64,000 bases of DNA, from positions 1 to 64,000 of the IMG/VR virus record IMGVR_UViG_3300036790_000231, one strand, 5' to 3'. Position 1 is the stretch's first letter; every line of letters begins with the position of its first letter. The stretch comes from a virus. The notes beneath the pieces are model-generated. The model had not been told where the DNA came from and searched no databases. It was given only the letters and a program-made list of their open reading frames with translations. The position numbers and the translations under genes are program-made. Of the stretch, positions 7,877 to 18,733 are shown piece by piece.

Positions 7877-10507
7877 CTACCTCATCCTCAATTGTTCGCC
7901 TAATGCCAGTGTCCATTTATTCGCATCCTCCTTAAACTCAGGACGTACATACAAAGTCTCAGTCTTTGCATCATACGCTCCAGGAGTATCATCATCTAAA
8001 TTAAGATAGTCTGGTATTAAATCAGATATCTCAATTGAAAGATTTTCTGTAGTAAGATAGGTCATGTATAGTGTACATCCAGGATGCGCTTTTTTCTGTA
8101 ATCTGGCCTCATCCATTGAAACCACTTTTCCATTTCTAGATAGACAGAATTTATCTGTATCCTTATTGGTTCCATCTGACGCATCATGCAAAATAACTTG
8201 ACTGATTCCTGCGTCTAGACCAGCTTGAATCATTCCTTGGTTATAGGCTTCTCCTGTTTCAAATCTAGATATCCTATCTGCATGAGTTTCGGGAGTTTCA
8301 GAGAAATGTTCCTCAAAATCTTTTGCTATTTGATCGGAAGAAGTAGTTCGCTGTAACTCATTGATGAGAAAATCTATGAACTGCTCTCTAAGTGTATGAT
8401 CTATTGATTGAAGATTGGATTCTGTAGATTCATCCACCCATGCGCCAAGCTGGTCCGGATCATACACACTGCTGTCAAGGTTGGCAAGCTTTAGCTCATG
8501 CTTGCCTGCTGCCGCTGTGACACGCCCCAGAATATTACGCATACTCTCCAAAACGTAAGGATAATCCGCCATTTGTTCCCCTAGCCAGGACGCCACAGCA
8601 GCCTCTGCGGCGATTTTAGCGGCCCCAGGACCGAATTTAGAGCGTTTTTCTTCGTCTGTTTGCTGAGCTAGCTGAAGTGTGACTTTGTCCCTAATACGAT
8701 TCGCGAATGATTTAATCTGACTTTTATATCTATGAACAAAAAGTTTTCTTAATCTTACAGATGCTGATCTAACAGAAGGATTTTTGTAGGGTGGGATATC
8801 AGGGAGATCGCCAAGAAAATCAGTAGCAGACGATAAATTAATTATCTCTGGTCCATTGAAATAAACGCTCTCGCCTGTCTCAGTCTTTTCAATTCCAGCA
8901 TTATATCCTTGTGTACCAGATTTCTTTTCTGTAGGCGCAGTTATTTTGGCTTCTTTTTTAGAAGCATTTTTAGCTTGTTCTTTGAGACGTGCTTTTTGTT
9001 CAGCAGTTGTCTCTAATGGAGTTCCATATTCTCTAAGCAATTCTCTTACATTAACTTCTAAACGCTCCGGTTCTTTTTGACCAATGAGAGTAAGAAGTTG
9101 TTTGTTGAATTCATCATTTTTAGTACCTATATTGCCAGTTTTTATTTCGCATGGAGTATTAATTTTATCAGGAAAATTAGCTGCAATAAATTGTGGAACT
9201 ATGTATTTGTTTTTATATGAGTCGTAATCTTCTATGTCTGTTTGCTGTGATTCTTGATAAATCTCGCCCATCTGTGTAGCAACATATCTTTGAGAAGACC
9301 CTTGGCCAGTCACATTTGAATCAACGAATGCTTGTTCAGGGAGCAACATCCCACGCATAATATGTAAATCAAGTGCAGTAAATGTTTTATCAAATGCTTC
9401 AAAATTCTGATTATTTTCTAAATATTTAACTTCCCACATACGCTGATTGGTAGTTTTACCTTCATCATTAGTCATAAAGTCACCAGGTATGGCAGCTACC
9501 GTACCTGATCTAAGATTTTTACCAAGCGTAATAGCTTTTTGCTCTAATGATCTGGCTGTAGGAGATTCAGGATTGGGATCATTAGGATCAAAGCCTTCTG
9601 TTACTTCGGTTGGGTAAAATACCTCTACAGGAGGATCAGCCTTTTTCTCATATGCTCTATCTGCAATTGCCCATCTAAACCATTTAGACCACCAAGGCCG
9701 ATAGCAACGCCGCGTTGTAGGCGCTCCATAGCACGATCCATATACTTGCTCTCTTTCATTTACAACCCATAATGCAAAATCGAGTGGTATAGGATATCCA
9801 GAAAGAATATTTGGTCCATAAGTCTGAGCAATTCCTAAAAGTACAGGATCCGGAATAGGTACGGGTGAATACATGAATCCATAGAATTGACCGTATTCAT
9901 CCCATCTGGGAATACAATTCTCAGGAGCTAAAGAAATAGGCGATTGAGGCATTAATGGTTCAATATTAGAATCCCACACTTCTTTATCAGCATTGGGTTC
10001 ATTAGAATGTCTATCTCTATATTTAGCTTTCAATGGAGCAAGTTTCCATCTTTTCACCATTGGAGCGTATCCCATATATTTTGCATTAGCAAAACTCATA
10101 ATAAGAGAAGCATTGATTGGACGAAAAGCTTTATCAACAGCTGCTGCTAATTGCGCGTCCTCACTTATAACAATATAATCTGCATTAACCATTGGAGTAA
10201 CAGTATAATGCCAACAAAAAGAAACCATTGCATCAGTAGTCATATCTCGCAAAACTGAAAAAGGAATTCTTCTTACTGAGAATGGATTACCACCAAGCTG
10301 GCGGTAAAGAAGCGCAAGATTGATTATCTCGGACTGAGATTGCTGCCTAACACTAGGACCAACAGCTTGGGAACGAGAAAGCCTTTTCCCAATTTCATTA
10401 TTACCTTTTATTTCAATCGCACGTTGTTCTTCAGGAGAAGGTTGAGGTAACTCATTGATTGACAAAGGGTTATACTGGATCTTTACTTTCTCTTGTTCAT
10501 CCGTCAT
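7877..10507 (-). CDS. portal protein fused to a MuF/SPP1 gp7-like head morphogenesis domain
   Basis: Follows terL; N-part resembles Mu gp29-type portals (YGAPTTRRCYRPWWSK); C-part has ADRISRFETGEAYNQG, C..RNGKV, HPGC typical of MuF. Confidence 0.8.
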   Translation of the reverse strand: MTDEQEKVKIQYNPLSINELPQPSPEEQRAIEIKGNNEIGKRLSRSQAVGPSVRQQSQSEIINLALLYRQLGGNPFSVRRIPFSVLRDMTTDAMVSFCWHYTVTPMVNADYIVISEDAQLAAAVDKAFRPINASLIMSFANAKYMGYAPMVKRWKLAPLKAKYRDRHSNEPNADKEVWDSNIEPLMPQSPISLAPENCIPRWDEYGQFYGFMYSPVPIPDPVLLGIAQTYGPNILSGYPIPLDFALWVVNEREQVYGSCYGAPTTRRCYRPWWSKWFRWAIADRAYEKKADPPVEVFYPTEVTEGFDPNDPNPESPTARSLEQKAITLGKNLRSGTVAAIPGDFMTNDEGKTTNQRMWEVKYLENNQNFEAFDKTFTALDLHIMRGMLLPEQAFVDSNVTGQGSSQRYVATQMGEIYQESQQTDIEDYDSYKNKYIVPQFIAANFPDKINTPCEIKTGNIGTKNDEFNKQLLTLIGQKEPERLEVNVRELLREYGTPLETTAEQKARLKEQAKNASKKEAKITAPTEKKSGTQGYNAGIEKTETGESVYFNGPEIINLSSATDFLGDLPDIPPYKNPSVRSASVRLRKLFVHRYKSQIKSFANRIRDKVTLQLAQQTDEEKRSKFGPGAAKIAAEAAVASWLGEQMADYPYVLESMRNILGRVTAAAGKHELKLANLDSSVYDPDQLGAWVDESTESNLQSIDHTLREQFIDFLINELQRTTSSDQIAKDFEEHFSETPETHADRISRFETGEAYNQGMIQAGLDAGISQVILHDASDGTNKDTDKFCLSRNGKVVSMDEARLQKKAHPGCTLYMTYLTTENLSIEISDLIPDYLNLDDDTPGAYDAKTETLYVRPEFKEDANKWTLALGEQLRMR

Positions 10508-10526
10508 TGTCTGTTCCTTTTATAGT

Positions 10527-13500
10527 TTATGACGGCTGCCAAGGTGCGTCGTCGCTAACCCCAGGTCCGAAATTCTGAAAACTTTTTCTCCAATTCTCGC
10601 TTTCAAATCCATTATTGCCTGTAGTTACAGGTTCTAATGCTCCATATCTTTGCTCTGTTTCTCTAGTATCTACAACTGATGGAGAGGCATTTGTCGATTG
10701 CCTCATACTATTGCTGCGCTTCTCTAGAGTAGTTGCATTTATTAAAAGATATCTCATAGCGGCTGGACCATGAGATGATTCATCATGCACTTCTTTACCG
10801 CCAGCTTGTCTCCAAGACTCAAAATCATCGCAAAGATTTGGGCATCCAACACTATCCACATATAATAGGTTATCAGTAACAAGAGCTTGAATACACTCAA
10901 TCTGAGGATCAACCTCGCGAGTAACATACCATACTGTACGCAAAGGAGGATTGTGCTCTTTCCAATCCATCCTCGCCTGTTTTCCCGCCATATCTGCGAA
11001 ACGTGCCTTGACGCGGAAGCCGGGGAATTGGGTTTTAAATTGAATCTCTTGCCGAACTACTTTCCCCGCCAAACGAGTTGCGCCCATAGTAGCCTCATAA
11101 AGCTCCTTAAAAGCTATATATGATCCTCTCGGCAAGACAGTAGAAGTACCAATATTATTTGATATCTCAAGTTCTTGATGTAACGGACCTTGGACCCAAA
11201 TAACTGTAGAGAATGCAGTTCCACCCCAATCTGTTCCTTGCCAAATTAATCCATGCTCAGGTTTTGGTCTATATCCTCTAATTGTATGCCTATCTCTATT
11301 CCAAGTTGGCAAATATAATCCATCTGCCATTGGACGACGACATTCATGTTGAGCTACCCATACATTGGGAGTATTTTGTAAGAATTTTCCAGTTACATCT
11401 TCATGGCTCATCCATCCGCGAGATCTAAAAAATCTTCCTTTACAAACTGATTCTAATGTTCTAGGAACTCCCTCAGTCCATTCACCTTTTACAACTTTAT
11501 TACAATCACATAAATCACAAGGATCTTGATCTAATTCTTTTAATCTATCTTCTCGTTTGTCTTTCGGAGCACAACGACAATTTGGGACCTCTTGCGCTGA
11601 CTCGAAGATGCAGGAAATAAATAATTTCCAGGAAGATTTAAATCCTTCTTTTTTAGCTTTAACAGCTTCATCGATTAACTTTTGCATTAATCCTTTAGAA
11701 GACTTTCTAGTAGAAGTAGCTATATCCTGAGCTTTAATTAAAGTTCCGTCTTGAAGTTTCTTCGATGAGGCCATGCTTCTTGACTCAGAAAAGACATCTT
11801 CATCCATCAAATCTATCTCATCAGCATGTACCTTTTGAGGATGCGGTGAATTAACTCCTGATTTTGTTCCGATTAATACTTCTAGTTTACTTCCATTCTT
11901 CCATCGTGTTTCTTTTCTTAATGGTTCACCATCTATAGAGCTCTTACGAACTTTTTCTCCGTTATGATTTGTTTCTTGAGAAAAAGATTTGACATAAGAA
12001 TAAGATTTATTTGACTGTGCTTCAATATCAGCAAAGCTCGCAGCCTCGCATTGTTCCTTAGTCTCACAGAATAGATAGTTAATAATTGCAACTCCGAGTG
12101 TATTATGAACTACAATATCATTAGCAATAAATGATTCTGTATTATTAACAGTCAAATCAAAAACTTCTCTATCTTTAATCTTAGTAATCTCTGTTACTGT
12201 ATCCCACCATAAATCATCATTCAAAAGAATAGAGAATTTCTTACTATCTATATCATGAGCATGGCATAAGGCTCTCAATCTCCTAGTCTGAAGAGTTTTA
12301 ACTCTTACCCTAGTAAGTTGTGAAACTCCGAAACCTTCTCCTCCAAATTGTTTCCATCCCAACATTGCACTAGCTTCTTCATTTTTTCTCTTGGCAGTCC
12401 CACGTTCTCTAATAGGAGTTAACTTTCTAAATTCTTCCAGCATCATAGAACTAATTAATGGACGTCCTTCACGAGGAGAACGATTCTTAGCACATAAATC
12501 TTCTAAATTAATTTTCTTATAATCCCATAAATTTAATTTTTCTCCAAACTTCTCGATAGATCTACTATAGACGGATAAATTCCACGCATCAAAATATTTT
12601 CCATTATATGAAGATTTTCCATACCTGACCCGCGATTGTACGCCGATCTTTAAAAGAAGATGCTGTAAATCTAAAATCATTTGTTTAGAAGCTAAGCCTA
12701 TAGACGCTTCAGAATACGTAATATATCCATCGCACATCCAAAATATAGATAAAAACTCACATAATTGTTCTTCACCCAATTCAAATATTATATCAGGAAT
12801 ATTCTTTTCTTTAGCTAGTTTACAGCTAACACTATATGATAAGAGCATTTTCTTAACAGGATTGGTAAATTCTCCATATTTCTTAACTATATTATAATCA
12901 TATCCAGAAGTATAATGAACTTCGCATCCAACTTCTTCAGAACATTCAGTCATTAAATTTACAAAATAATCATCTCCGCTAGAAAATGAAATAGTTCTTT
13001 TAGAATCTATATCTATTTTATTAATAGAACCCTCAGCCAGCAATCCTGCAATAATAGTCAAATGAGAATCTGGGATCTCTTTTTTATGTTCATGAAATGG
13101 AAGAAAAGATGGAGTAGCTAGAGTATCACCAATTTCTATCTCATCTGCTCTAAACCATCCATCTTGAATCATAAATGGATGCTCTGGGGTTACTATTATT
13201 TCTCTTCCAGATAATAAACTAACTTTCAAACAGTCTTTTTTCCCCGTATTCCACTTGCCATCTATATAGGTTGGATATATATTGCCATTTTTATCCATTG
13301 TAATAATTTTATTATATCTGTTATCATCTATAATATCTTTAATTTTATTTCTCTTGCCGGTTATAGGATCATAAATTAAAGAATCACTATCTACACACTT
13401 TGTAGATTCTCGTGAGCCGACAACTAATATCCCACGCTCTCTTTCAAAGTAATAAGCTGACATAAAATCAAAAGGGGCATTATGATCCTCGCATACAGAT

Positions 13501-13697
13501 ACACGCGGTATCTCATATCCAAACTCATCCTTGATTCTCTGCCATAATTCATCATCTGTTTTGGGAGCACCTTTTATTTTGTCAGTGGATGCCCCTTGAG
13601 TATTCTTAAACCTGCGTAGTTTTAATAACAGATCCCGTTTATCGGCATCTGACATTTCGGGCAATCTCTCTGCTATATCAGAGAAATCAATCGCCAT
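10527..13697 (-). CDS. terL: terminase large subunit, intein-containing
   Basis: Walker A GSRESTK|T split by the intein, Walker B VHADEID, nuclease GTDWGG and C-terminal HGPAAMRY; sits between terS and portal. Confidence 0.9.
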   Translation of the reverse strand: MAIDFSDIAERLPEMSDADKRDLLLKLRRFKNTQGASTDKIKGAPKTDDELWQRIKDEFGYEIPRVSVCEDHNAPFDFMSAYYFERERGILVVGSRESTKCVDSDSLIYDPITGKRNKIKDIIDDNRYNKIITMDKNGNIYPTYIDGKWNTGKKDCLKVSLLSGREIIVTPEHPFMIQDGWFRADEIEIGDTLATPSFLPFHEHKKEIPDSHLTIIAGLLAEGSINKIDIDSKRTISFSSGDDYFVNLMTECSEEVGCEVHYTSGYDYNIVKKYGEFTNPVKKMLLSYSVSCKLAKEKNIPDIIFELGEEQLCEFLSIFWMCDGYITYSEASIGLASKQMILDLQHLLLKIGVQSRVRYGKSSYNGKYFDAWNLSVYSRSIEKFGEKLNLWDYKKINLEDLCAKNRSPREGRPLISSMMLEEFRKLTPIRERGTAKRKNEEASAMLGWKQFGGEGFGVSQLTRVRVKTLQTRRLRALCHAHDIDSKKFSILLNDDLWWDTVTEITKIKDREVFDLTVNNTESFIANDIVVHNTLGVAIINYLFCETKEQCEAASFADIEAQSNKSYSYVKSFSQETNHNGEKVRKSSIDGEPLRKETRWKNGSKLEVLIGTKSGVNSPHPQKVHADEIDLMDEDVFSESRSMASSKKLQDGTLIKAQDIATSTRKSSKGLMQKLIDEAVKAKKEGFKSSWKLFISCIFESAQEVPNCRCAPKDKREDRLKELDQDPCDLCDCNKVVKGEWTEGVPRTLESVCKGRFFRSRGWMSHEDVTGKFLQNTPNVWVAQHECRRPMADGLYLPTWNRDRHTIRGYRPKPEHGLIWQGTDWGGTAFSTVIWVQGPLHQELEISNNIGTSTVLPRGSYIAFKELYEATMGATRLAGKVVRQEIQFKTQFPGFRVKARFADMAGKQARMDWKEHNPPLRTVWYVTREVDPQIECIQALVTDNLLYVDSVGCPNLCDDFESWRQAGGKEVHDESSHGPAAMRYLLINATTLEKRSNSMRQSTNASPSVVDTRETEQRYGALEPVTTGNNGFESENWRKSFQNFGPGVSDDAPWQPS
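12102..13397 (-). mobile_element. intein with LAGLIDADG endonuclease (432 aa) in terL
   Basis: CVDSDS start, VTPEHPF block B, IAGLLAEG and IFWMCDG motifs, VFDLTV...IVVHN followed by Thr. Confidence 0.93.
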
Positions 13698-13964
13698 TTA
13701 AACCGATCTCCAAATTCCGTGTTCTAAATATCCATGCCATAACTCTTCATTTTCATTGCTAATAAGAATAGACGGAGAAACAGTAATTGTCCCGTCGTCA
13801 TGCTCGACCACGTCGTGTCCATCGAGACGCCCGAAATGATTGTTAGGAGTAGTGCAAGCCCAGATCCAGCGGATGTTATCCGCGCCGATCTGGATACGGC
13901 CATAAGCACCAGGCTGAAACGGGTTGGCTTCAATCTCGCCGTCTAATAATCTCACACCTTTCAT
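13698..13964 (-). CDS. DUF6527-like small protein
   Basis: GTITVSPSIL...WHGYLEHGIW; ATG 13964 immediately after the terS stop. Confidence 0.55.
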   Translation of the reverse strand: MKGVRLLDGEIEANPFQPGAYGRIQIGADNIRWIWACTTPNNHFGRLDGHDVVEHDDGTITVSPSILISNENEELWHGYLEHGIWRSV

Positions 13965-13965
13965 T

Positions 13966-14460
13966 TTAGGCAGCCTCTTCAATCTCTCCCAATATCTCTT
14001 CATCCAAATCTTCAATATCCTCATCTGGAATATCTATAGTTGCTCCATAAGCAGATAACTCATTCATCAAAGCATCATAAAGCTCTTTACTACCAAGCTT
14101 TGCAATCTCTTTCTCATCATCGCGCATATTTTTCTGGACATCTGCCTCCATTTTATTTATGCGGTCAATCGCGCCAAGCTTGACTTGAGGAGATTTATGT
14201 TGCAACATTGAAAGTAATTCGCGATAAACTAACTCACCCTTTTTAGCAAATTCTTCTGCAACATACTCAGCAACAGTTTTCTTACGTGGTCTACCAGCGC
14301 CAAGTTGTTTACCACCGAAACGTCCTTCCTCATGCATTCGCTTAACACGCTCGCGTTGAGCTTGCCTTCTCTCCGGTGTCCAGTACTCTGCGGAGGCAAA
14401 GCCAGACATGCGTCGAGATTGAGGTTTAGGCTCTAAATTTTCGGGAGGTAAATCAGTCAT
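13966..14460 (-). CDS. terminase small subunit
   Basis: GAGRPRK motif, helical body, acidic tail, upstream of terL. Confidence 0.7.
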   Translation of the reverse strand: MTDLPPENLEPKPQSRRMSGFASAEYWTPERRQAQRERVKRMHEEGRFGGKQLGAGRPRKKTVAEYVAEEFAKKGELVYRELLSMLQHKSPQVKLGAIDRINKMEADVQKNMRDDEKEIAKLGSKELYDALMNELSAYGATIDIPDEDIEDLDEEILGEIEEAA

Positions 14461-14467
14461 CTAGGTT

Positions 14468-14496
14468 ATTATACATCCTTCTCGGCCCATCTTGGG
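14468..14496 (-). promoter_or_regulatory. putative leaderless late promoter
   Basis: GGGCCGA-N8-TATAAT, 7 nt before the terS ATG; no SD. Confidence 0.5.
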
Positions 14497-14501
14497 AAAA
14501 A

Positions 14502-14786
14502 TTACCACCATTCAGGGTCATTGCGGTACTTCCATTCAATATACCTCCATCTTAATCTGGTAAATTTATAATATGTATGAGGAGCAATAATATGCATAGG
14601 CCTCTCACCTAACATTCTTCTTATTATATATCTTCTAACAAACTTTTTCTTAAAAGTAAAATCAAGAATTTCTTCAAGAGCAACTCGTCTTGCTTCTATT
14701 TTTTTTATTAAACTATATGTGTTTGAATTTACGACATAGCCAGATGGACCATAGCCAGTTTCGCGTCGTATATTTGTTTTGACCAT
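14502..14786 (-). CDS. basic hypothetical protein
   Basis: 94-aa ORF in operon orientation. Confidence 0.55.
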   Translation of the reverse strand: MVKTNIRRETGYGPSGYVVNSNTYSLIKKIEARRVALEEILDFTFKKKFVRRYIIRRMLGERPMHIIAPHTYYKFTRLRWRYIEWKYRNDPEWW

Positions 14787-14835
14787 AATCTCATATCATT
14801 TATCGGTTCAGCATTTAATTGATCTTGCCAATTAA

Positions 14836-15069
14836 TCATTTCTTTCTCGCCTGCATTAATTCATCAATCTTCTTAATAATATCTGTCATGCATCCGTTAT
14901 TAAAAATCGTATAAATTCCTGGATAAAAACAATATTGTCTCCAAGGCCCATACCATTTTATTTCGCCTAAAGATATTCCTGAACTCTTACTAATTACTTG
15001 TATTATTTTAGTTTTTCTAGCATAAGATGGTAATTCCTTGAATACCATATATTTTGTTTCTGAATTCAT
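14836..15069 (-). CDS. phage hypothetical protein
   Basis: LGEIKWYGPWRQYCFYP motif; GGAG RBS. Confidence 0.7.
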   Translation of the reverse strand: MNSETKYMVFKELPSYARKTKIIQVISKSSGISLGEIKWYGPWRQYCFYPGIYTIFNNGCMTDIIKKIDELMQARKK

Positions 15070-15079
15070 TATCGCTCCG

Positions 15080-15499
15080 CTACCTTAATGATCCAATAGT
15101 TACAATTGTTTCAGGCCAGTCCCCCCATACTCTTTCTGCCTGAATTTTTGCTATTTGAACATCATCTTTATATGCTCTAGAATTCAATGCATCCATTATT
15201 AACTTTATTGCGTTATCTAAATCAGGCTTCTTATTTCTTGGAATAGGATTTGCTAATCCTTTTTTATTTAATTGACCCTTTGTATTGAAATGATTACTAG
15301 GACGTTGAACAAAAACTTCTACATAAATAGAAATAGCAGATTCATCATCTATTCTAGGTTCTCCATTTTCACGCCATATACTTCGTACATCATTCTCTGA
15401 AATTATGTTGGAGGCCGGTGTGTAAGTTCTGCCAGTTTGTGTATTAAATCGTGGGCGTTGCTTAGTGGAAGATTTTCCTGCTATCTTTAATTCAATCAT
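15080..15499 (-). CDS. rusA: RusA-family Holliday junction resolvase
   Basis: KQRPRF, KPDLDNAIKLIMDALN...YKDDVQI. Confidence 0.92.
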   Translation of the reverse strand: MIELKIAGKSSTKQRPRFNTQTGRTYTPASNIISENDVRSIWRENGEPRIDDESAISIYVEVFVQRPSNHFNTKGQLNKKGLANPIPRNKKPDLDNAIKLIMDALNSRAYKDDVQIAKIQAERVWGDWPETIVTIGSLR

Positions 15500-15666
15500 A
15501 AATCAGTCCTATGACCGTCAAATTTTCTCCACGATAAGTCCATAATATTCAGGAAAACTTATTTTATTTCCGTTATCAAGAATTATTGATACAAATTTTC
15601 TATCTTCCTCTTGAATTACATCTATAATTTTTCTATCTTTAAGTGATTTTATTACATCCATATTTA

Positions 15667-17448
15667 TCATCGAGGGTTATCCTGATATTCCTTTTCCCAC
15701 TTACTCATCTGTCTTGACAATCTCTCACAATCAAGATGATAATTATCTCTCAATCCCTTAAGTTTTTTAATAATTTTCATGAATGCGAACTCTTTATTAC
15801 CAAATTCGATCACTTGCGAATCAGCCGCAGTAGATTTATCGCGATAATCATTAGTTGTTTTAACTCCATCAATCATAGAAGGTATAGAACTATACACTTC
15901 TACTGCTCTACCAGTTTTAAGCTTAGTTATATCCCCTAACTTATCTTCTTCCTCAGATATGAGCCAGTTCGTTCTAACCTCACATGCATGAAATCTAGCA
16001 TGAAGAGAATATATTTCATCCCTAGAACATTTAGAAACATCATTAGGAAGTCTAGGAGGTTCTCCTCCAATTTCGTCAGGTATAGGAAGATTCTCTTTAG
16101 AGATAATTTCCATTGCCTTAGAAACATTTTTGGGTTCACGCTGAGCAACTGCTTCATGAGCGGCTTGAGCAATAGTCCTATCTTCTACGGGAGTCTCAAT
16201 GACTTGAGACTGAGCTTCTTTTTCAGCAGCTTGCTGAGCTTCTAAAAGCATTTGCTGAGGATCAAGAGCTGCTTGTGGCTGAGGCTGAGCAACTACTTTC
16301 TGTATTTCTGGAGTTAATGCTTGTACAAGTTGATCGGGAGGAATAACTTCTTTACCTGCATTCCCATCGGCCGCTTTCGCCGCATTAAGTTGCTCAAGAG
16401 AAATTTTTCCAGTGGGATTGGTAATCATCAAACGAAGCTCATTATCACCGATACTAGGAACTTCTTTTCTTCCTCTGCGATAAGCTTTCAAAGTTGGCCC
16501 AGTTAACAGAGACTCTAATGTCTCACGATCAGAAGATGAATTCATTTCCGTGCTATCAGATGAATCCAAACCAACATCTGCCTTAGTCACTAATTGAACT
16601 GGAGCTTGCGCTCCCATATCCATCCCTGCTATTGCTTCTTTTCCACCGATTTTAGATAGTTTAGTTTCAATCATTTCATCCTCTTTATTGACTTCAGCCG
16701 GTGGTCCATCTGGATTAGCAATCATAAAATTTAATTTATCCGTATCAATTTTCTCTACTTCAACAAACTTTACACCATAATTTTCAAGAATAGAAAGATT
16801 GAGTTGATTAATTACTTCAGTGCGTTCTCCATCTTCCTCAATCGGCTTGGCTTTAGCTTTTTTCCCTTCTGGGCTCGTCTCAGGAGTTTGTACTCTGGCA
16901 AAAGCGCTGGCATTTTCTCCGGTTTCTTCTCCGGCCGTTTCCCCAGCAGGCATATTCTCATTTCCATTTTCCTGTAATGCTTGCTCATTCGTAGCTTGCG
17001 ATTCTTGTACCTGTGGGACTTCTTCCATTGCTTTTGCATTAGCTCTTCTTTCTTTCTCGGCTAAAAATGCTGCTCTCTGCTGTTCAACAGGAGGAGTAGC
17101 AACGTATTTATCAAGACCTGTAATCAAATTCTCTAATATGGCATCTGAAACTGTAGTAAGATCAATACCAGAATCATTAGTTGCTTGCTGAACTGGTTCT
17201 GGCTGCGGGATCGGCGCGGCAGGTGGTTGTTGATCTACCTCAGCCAAAAACAGAAGAGCCATGACATTCTCAGATTTATTGCCTGACTTGGCTGCATTCC
17301 TGGCAGCTGCGACTAATTGGAGAGCATCCTGCATGCGTCTCTCGGGCTCAGGAGGCGGCACATTGCCTGGGCTCTCGTATAAGCCTCGCTGAAGCGATTC
17401 GATGAGAATAGCTTTTGCTTGTTCATCATTTAATGTTATTTCAGTCAT
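15667..17448 (-). CDS. hypothetical protein with internal repeats and a C-terminal coiled coil (possibly UvsY-like)
   Basis: 593 aa; repeated helical unit ending in FMIANP/LMITNP; C-terminus ...ERLSRQMS; lies in the recombination block. Confidence 0.5.
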   Translation of the reverse strand: MTEITLNDEQAKAILIESLQRGLYESPGNVPPPEPERRMQDALQLVAAARNAAKSGNKSENVMALLFLAEVDQQPPAAPIPQPEPVQQATNDSGIDLTTVSDAILENLITGLDKYVATPPVEQQRAAFLAEKERRANAKAMEEVPQVQESQATNEQALQENGNENMPAGETAGEETGENASAFARVQTPETSPEGKKAKAKPIEEDGERTEVINQLNLSILENYGVKFVEVEKIDTDKLNFMIANPDGPPAEVNKEDEMIETKLSKIGGKEAIAGMDMGAQAPVQLVTKADVGLDSSDSTEMNSSSDRETLESLLTGPTLKAYRRGRKEVPSIGDNELRLMITNPTGKISLEQLNAAKAADGNAGKEVIPPDQLVQALTPEIQKVVAQPQPQAALDPQQMLLEAQQAAEKEAQSQVIETPVEDRTIAQAAHEAVAQREPKNVSKAMEIISKENLPIPDEIGGEPPRLPNDVSKCSRDEIYSLHARFHACEVRTNWLISEEEDKLGDITKLKTGRAVEVYSSIPSMIDGVKTTNDYRDKSTAADSQVIEFGNKEFAFMKIIKKLKGLRDNYHLDCERLSRQMSKWEKEYQDNPR

Positions 17449-17689
17449 GAATTTTTCCTCTATCTAAAATCTTATGAATTCTTATCTCCAAAATTTCTCC
17501 TATCCTACTTTGATGTAGAAAAGGCTGTCCATTTTTAACCTTATATATTCCTATCATATTATTTAATCTTTCTTGTTTATAAAGTATTTATATAAAGTTC
17601 TATACTTTTTATATTTACTGATGGAGCTTTGTGATCAAGTAAATGTTCTAATTTTGTTTTTATATGTTTTTCTAACTTTATTTTATCGT

Positions 17690-18733
17690 TCATTTCCCCT
17701 CCCAAAATTCCAAGACTGCCTTACGAGTTTTCTCAAAGTCATAATCAGGTCTAATAGTTTGGTTGTGTTTAATTAAGTTTGATTTTGATAAGCTAGTTAC
17801 TTTTTCTTTATAATCAATTTTACATATTGATTTCTTTAAATCACACCATTTACACGGGTCGACTGACCACTTTGCAGATTGACCCTCAAGTACATGAGGA
17901 GGTATTTTATCTTCAAGAAAATATTGTTTCCATTTAGCTAACTTTTCACTACCAGATTTATAAAACGTAGGATCATATTTAGCATAATATGAAACAGTAT
18001 TCAACGGTTCCTCACGTGGTGCATATATCAAAGTTCCACTATCGGGAGGTTCAACTGAAATTAAAACTCCATCGCATTCTCCATCATGCTTATGATTACA
18101 TTTAAATTTTTTATTCATGATGGTTCCACTAATTCTACACACCATAGCTGATGGTGTAAAAGGCATATCATGTGCTCTACATATATAAAGTTTAAGCTGA
18201 CGCATATACTTGGTATGAGACATGGGTACATTACCAGGATCAGACTTCATATTTTCTACCTTTTCCATCGAGGTAGTCTTAATCTCTACAACATGAGCCT
18301 TCTTAGTAAAACGTGGAAGTATGATTGCATCAGGAGAACCAGTTAACCATATATTTGAGTCTTCAAAACTTGTTTGAAAGTCATCATCACCAGTTACATC
18401 GGCCGAAAGTAGAATCCCATGACGGCTCAATCTTTCAACGAATCTATGCTCAATATCCAATCCCTGATCGAATAGCATTCGGACTCTTGGCTCACGAGGT
18501 TTTTCTTCATATGGATCTAATAACCCATATACTTGCGCACGTCCGCAAACAAGATCATCTTCACCCGGAAATTGTGAGCCATGCATACTTAGATGCCAGC
18601 TTCTTCCATGAGGATTTTGAATCTCCTCTTTCCATCTCTTTTTCTCATCGAATTCATATGCCTCAAGCAAAGCACCTTCAAATACCGTTGAATTATTTAA
18701 CTCTCCCCATAGTGCTTCGCGAGTCATTCCCAT
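17690..18733 (-). CDS. Cas4/RecB-like PD-(D/E)xK exonuclease
   Basis: CGR, G.DIEH, GSPD, VEIKT, QLKLY and CKWC.....C Fe-S ligands. Confidence 0.85.
   Translation of the reverse strand: MGMTREALWGELNNSTVFEGALLEAYEFDEKKRWKEEIQNPHGRSWHLSMHGSQFPGEDDLVCGRAQVYGLLDPYEEKPREPRVRMLFDQGLDIEHRFVERLSRHGILLSADVTGDDDFQTSFEDSNIWLTGSPDAIILPRFTKKAHVVEIKTTSMEKVENMKSDPGNVPMSHTKYMRQLKLYICRAHDMPFTPSAMVCRISGTIMNKKFKCNHKHDGECDGVLISVEPPDSGTLIYAPREEPLNTVSYYAKYDPTFYKSGSEKLAKWKQYFLEDKIPPHVLEGQSAKWSVDPCKWCDLKKSICKIDYKEKVTSLSKSNLIKHNQTIRPDYDFEKTRKAVLEFWEGK

Noticed and set aside
17690-18733. CRISPR-Cas system
   Set aside because: Solo Cas4-like nuclease; no repeat-spacer array or other cas genes seen.
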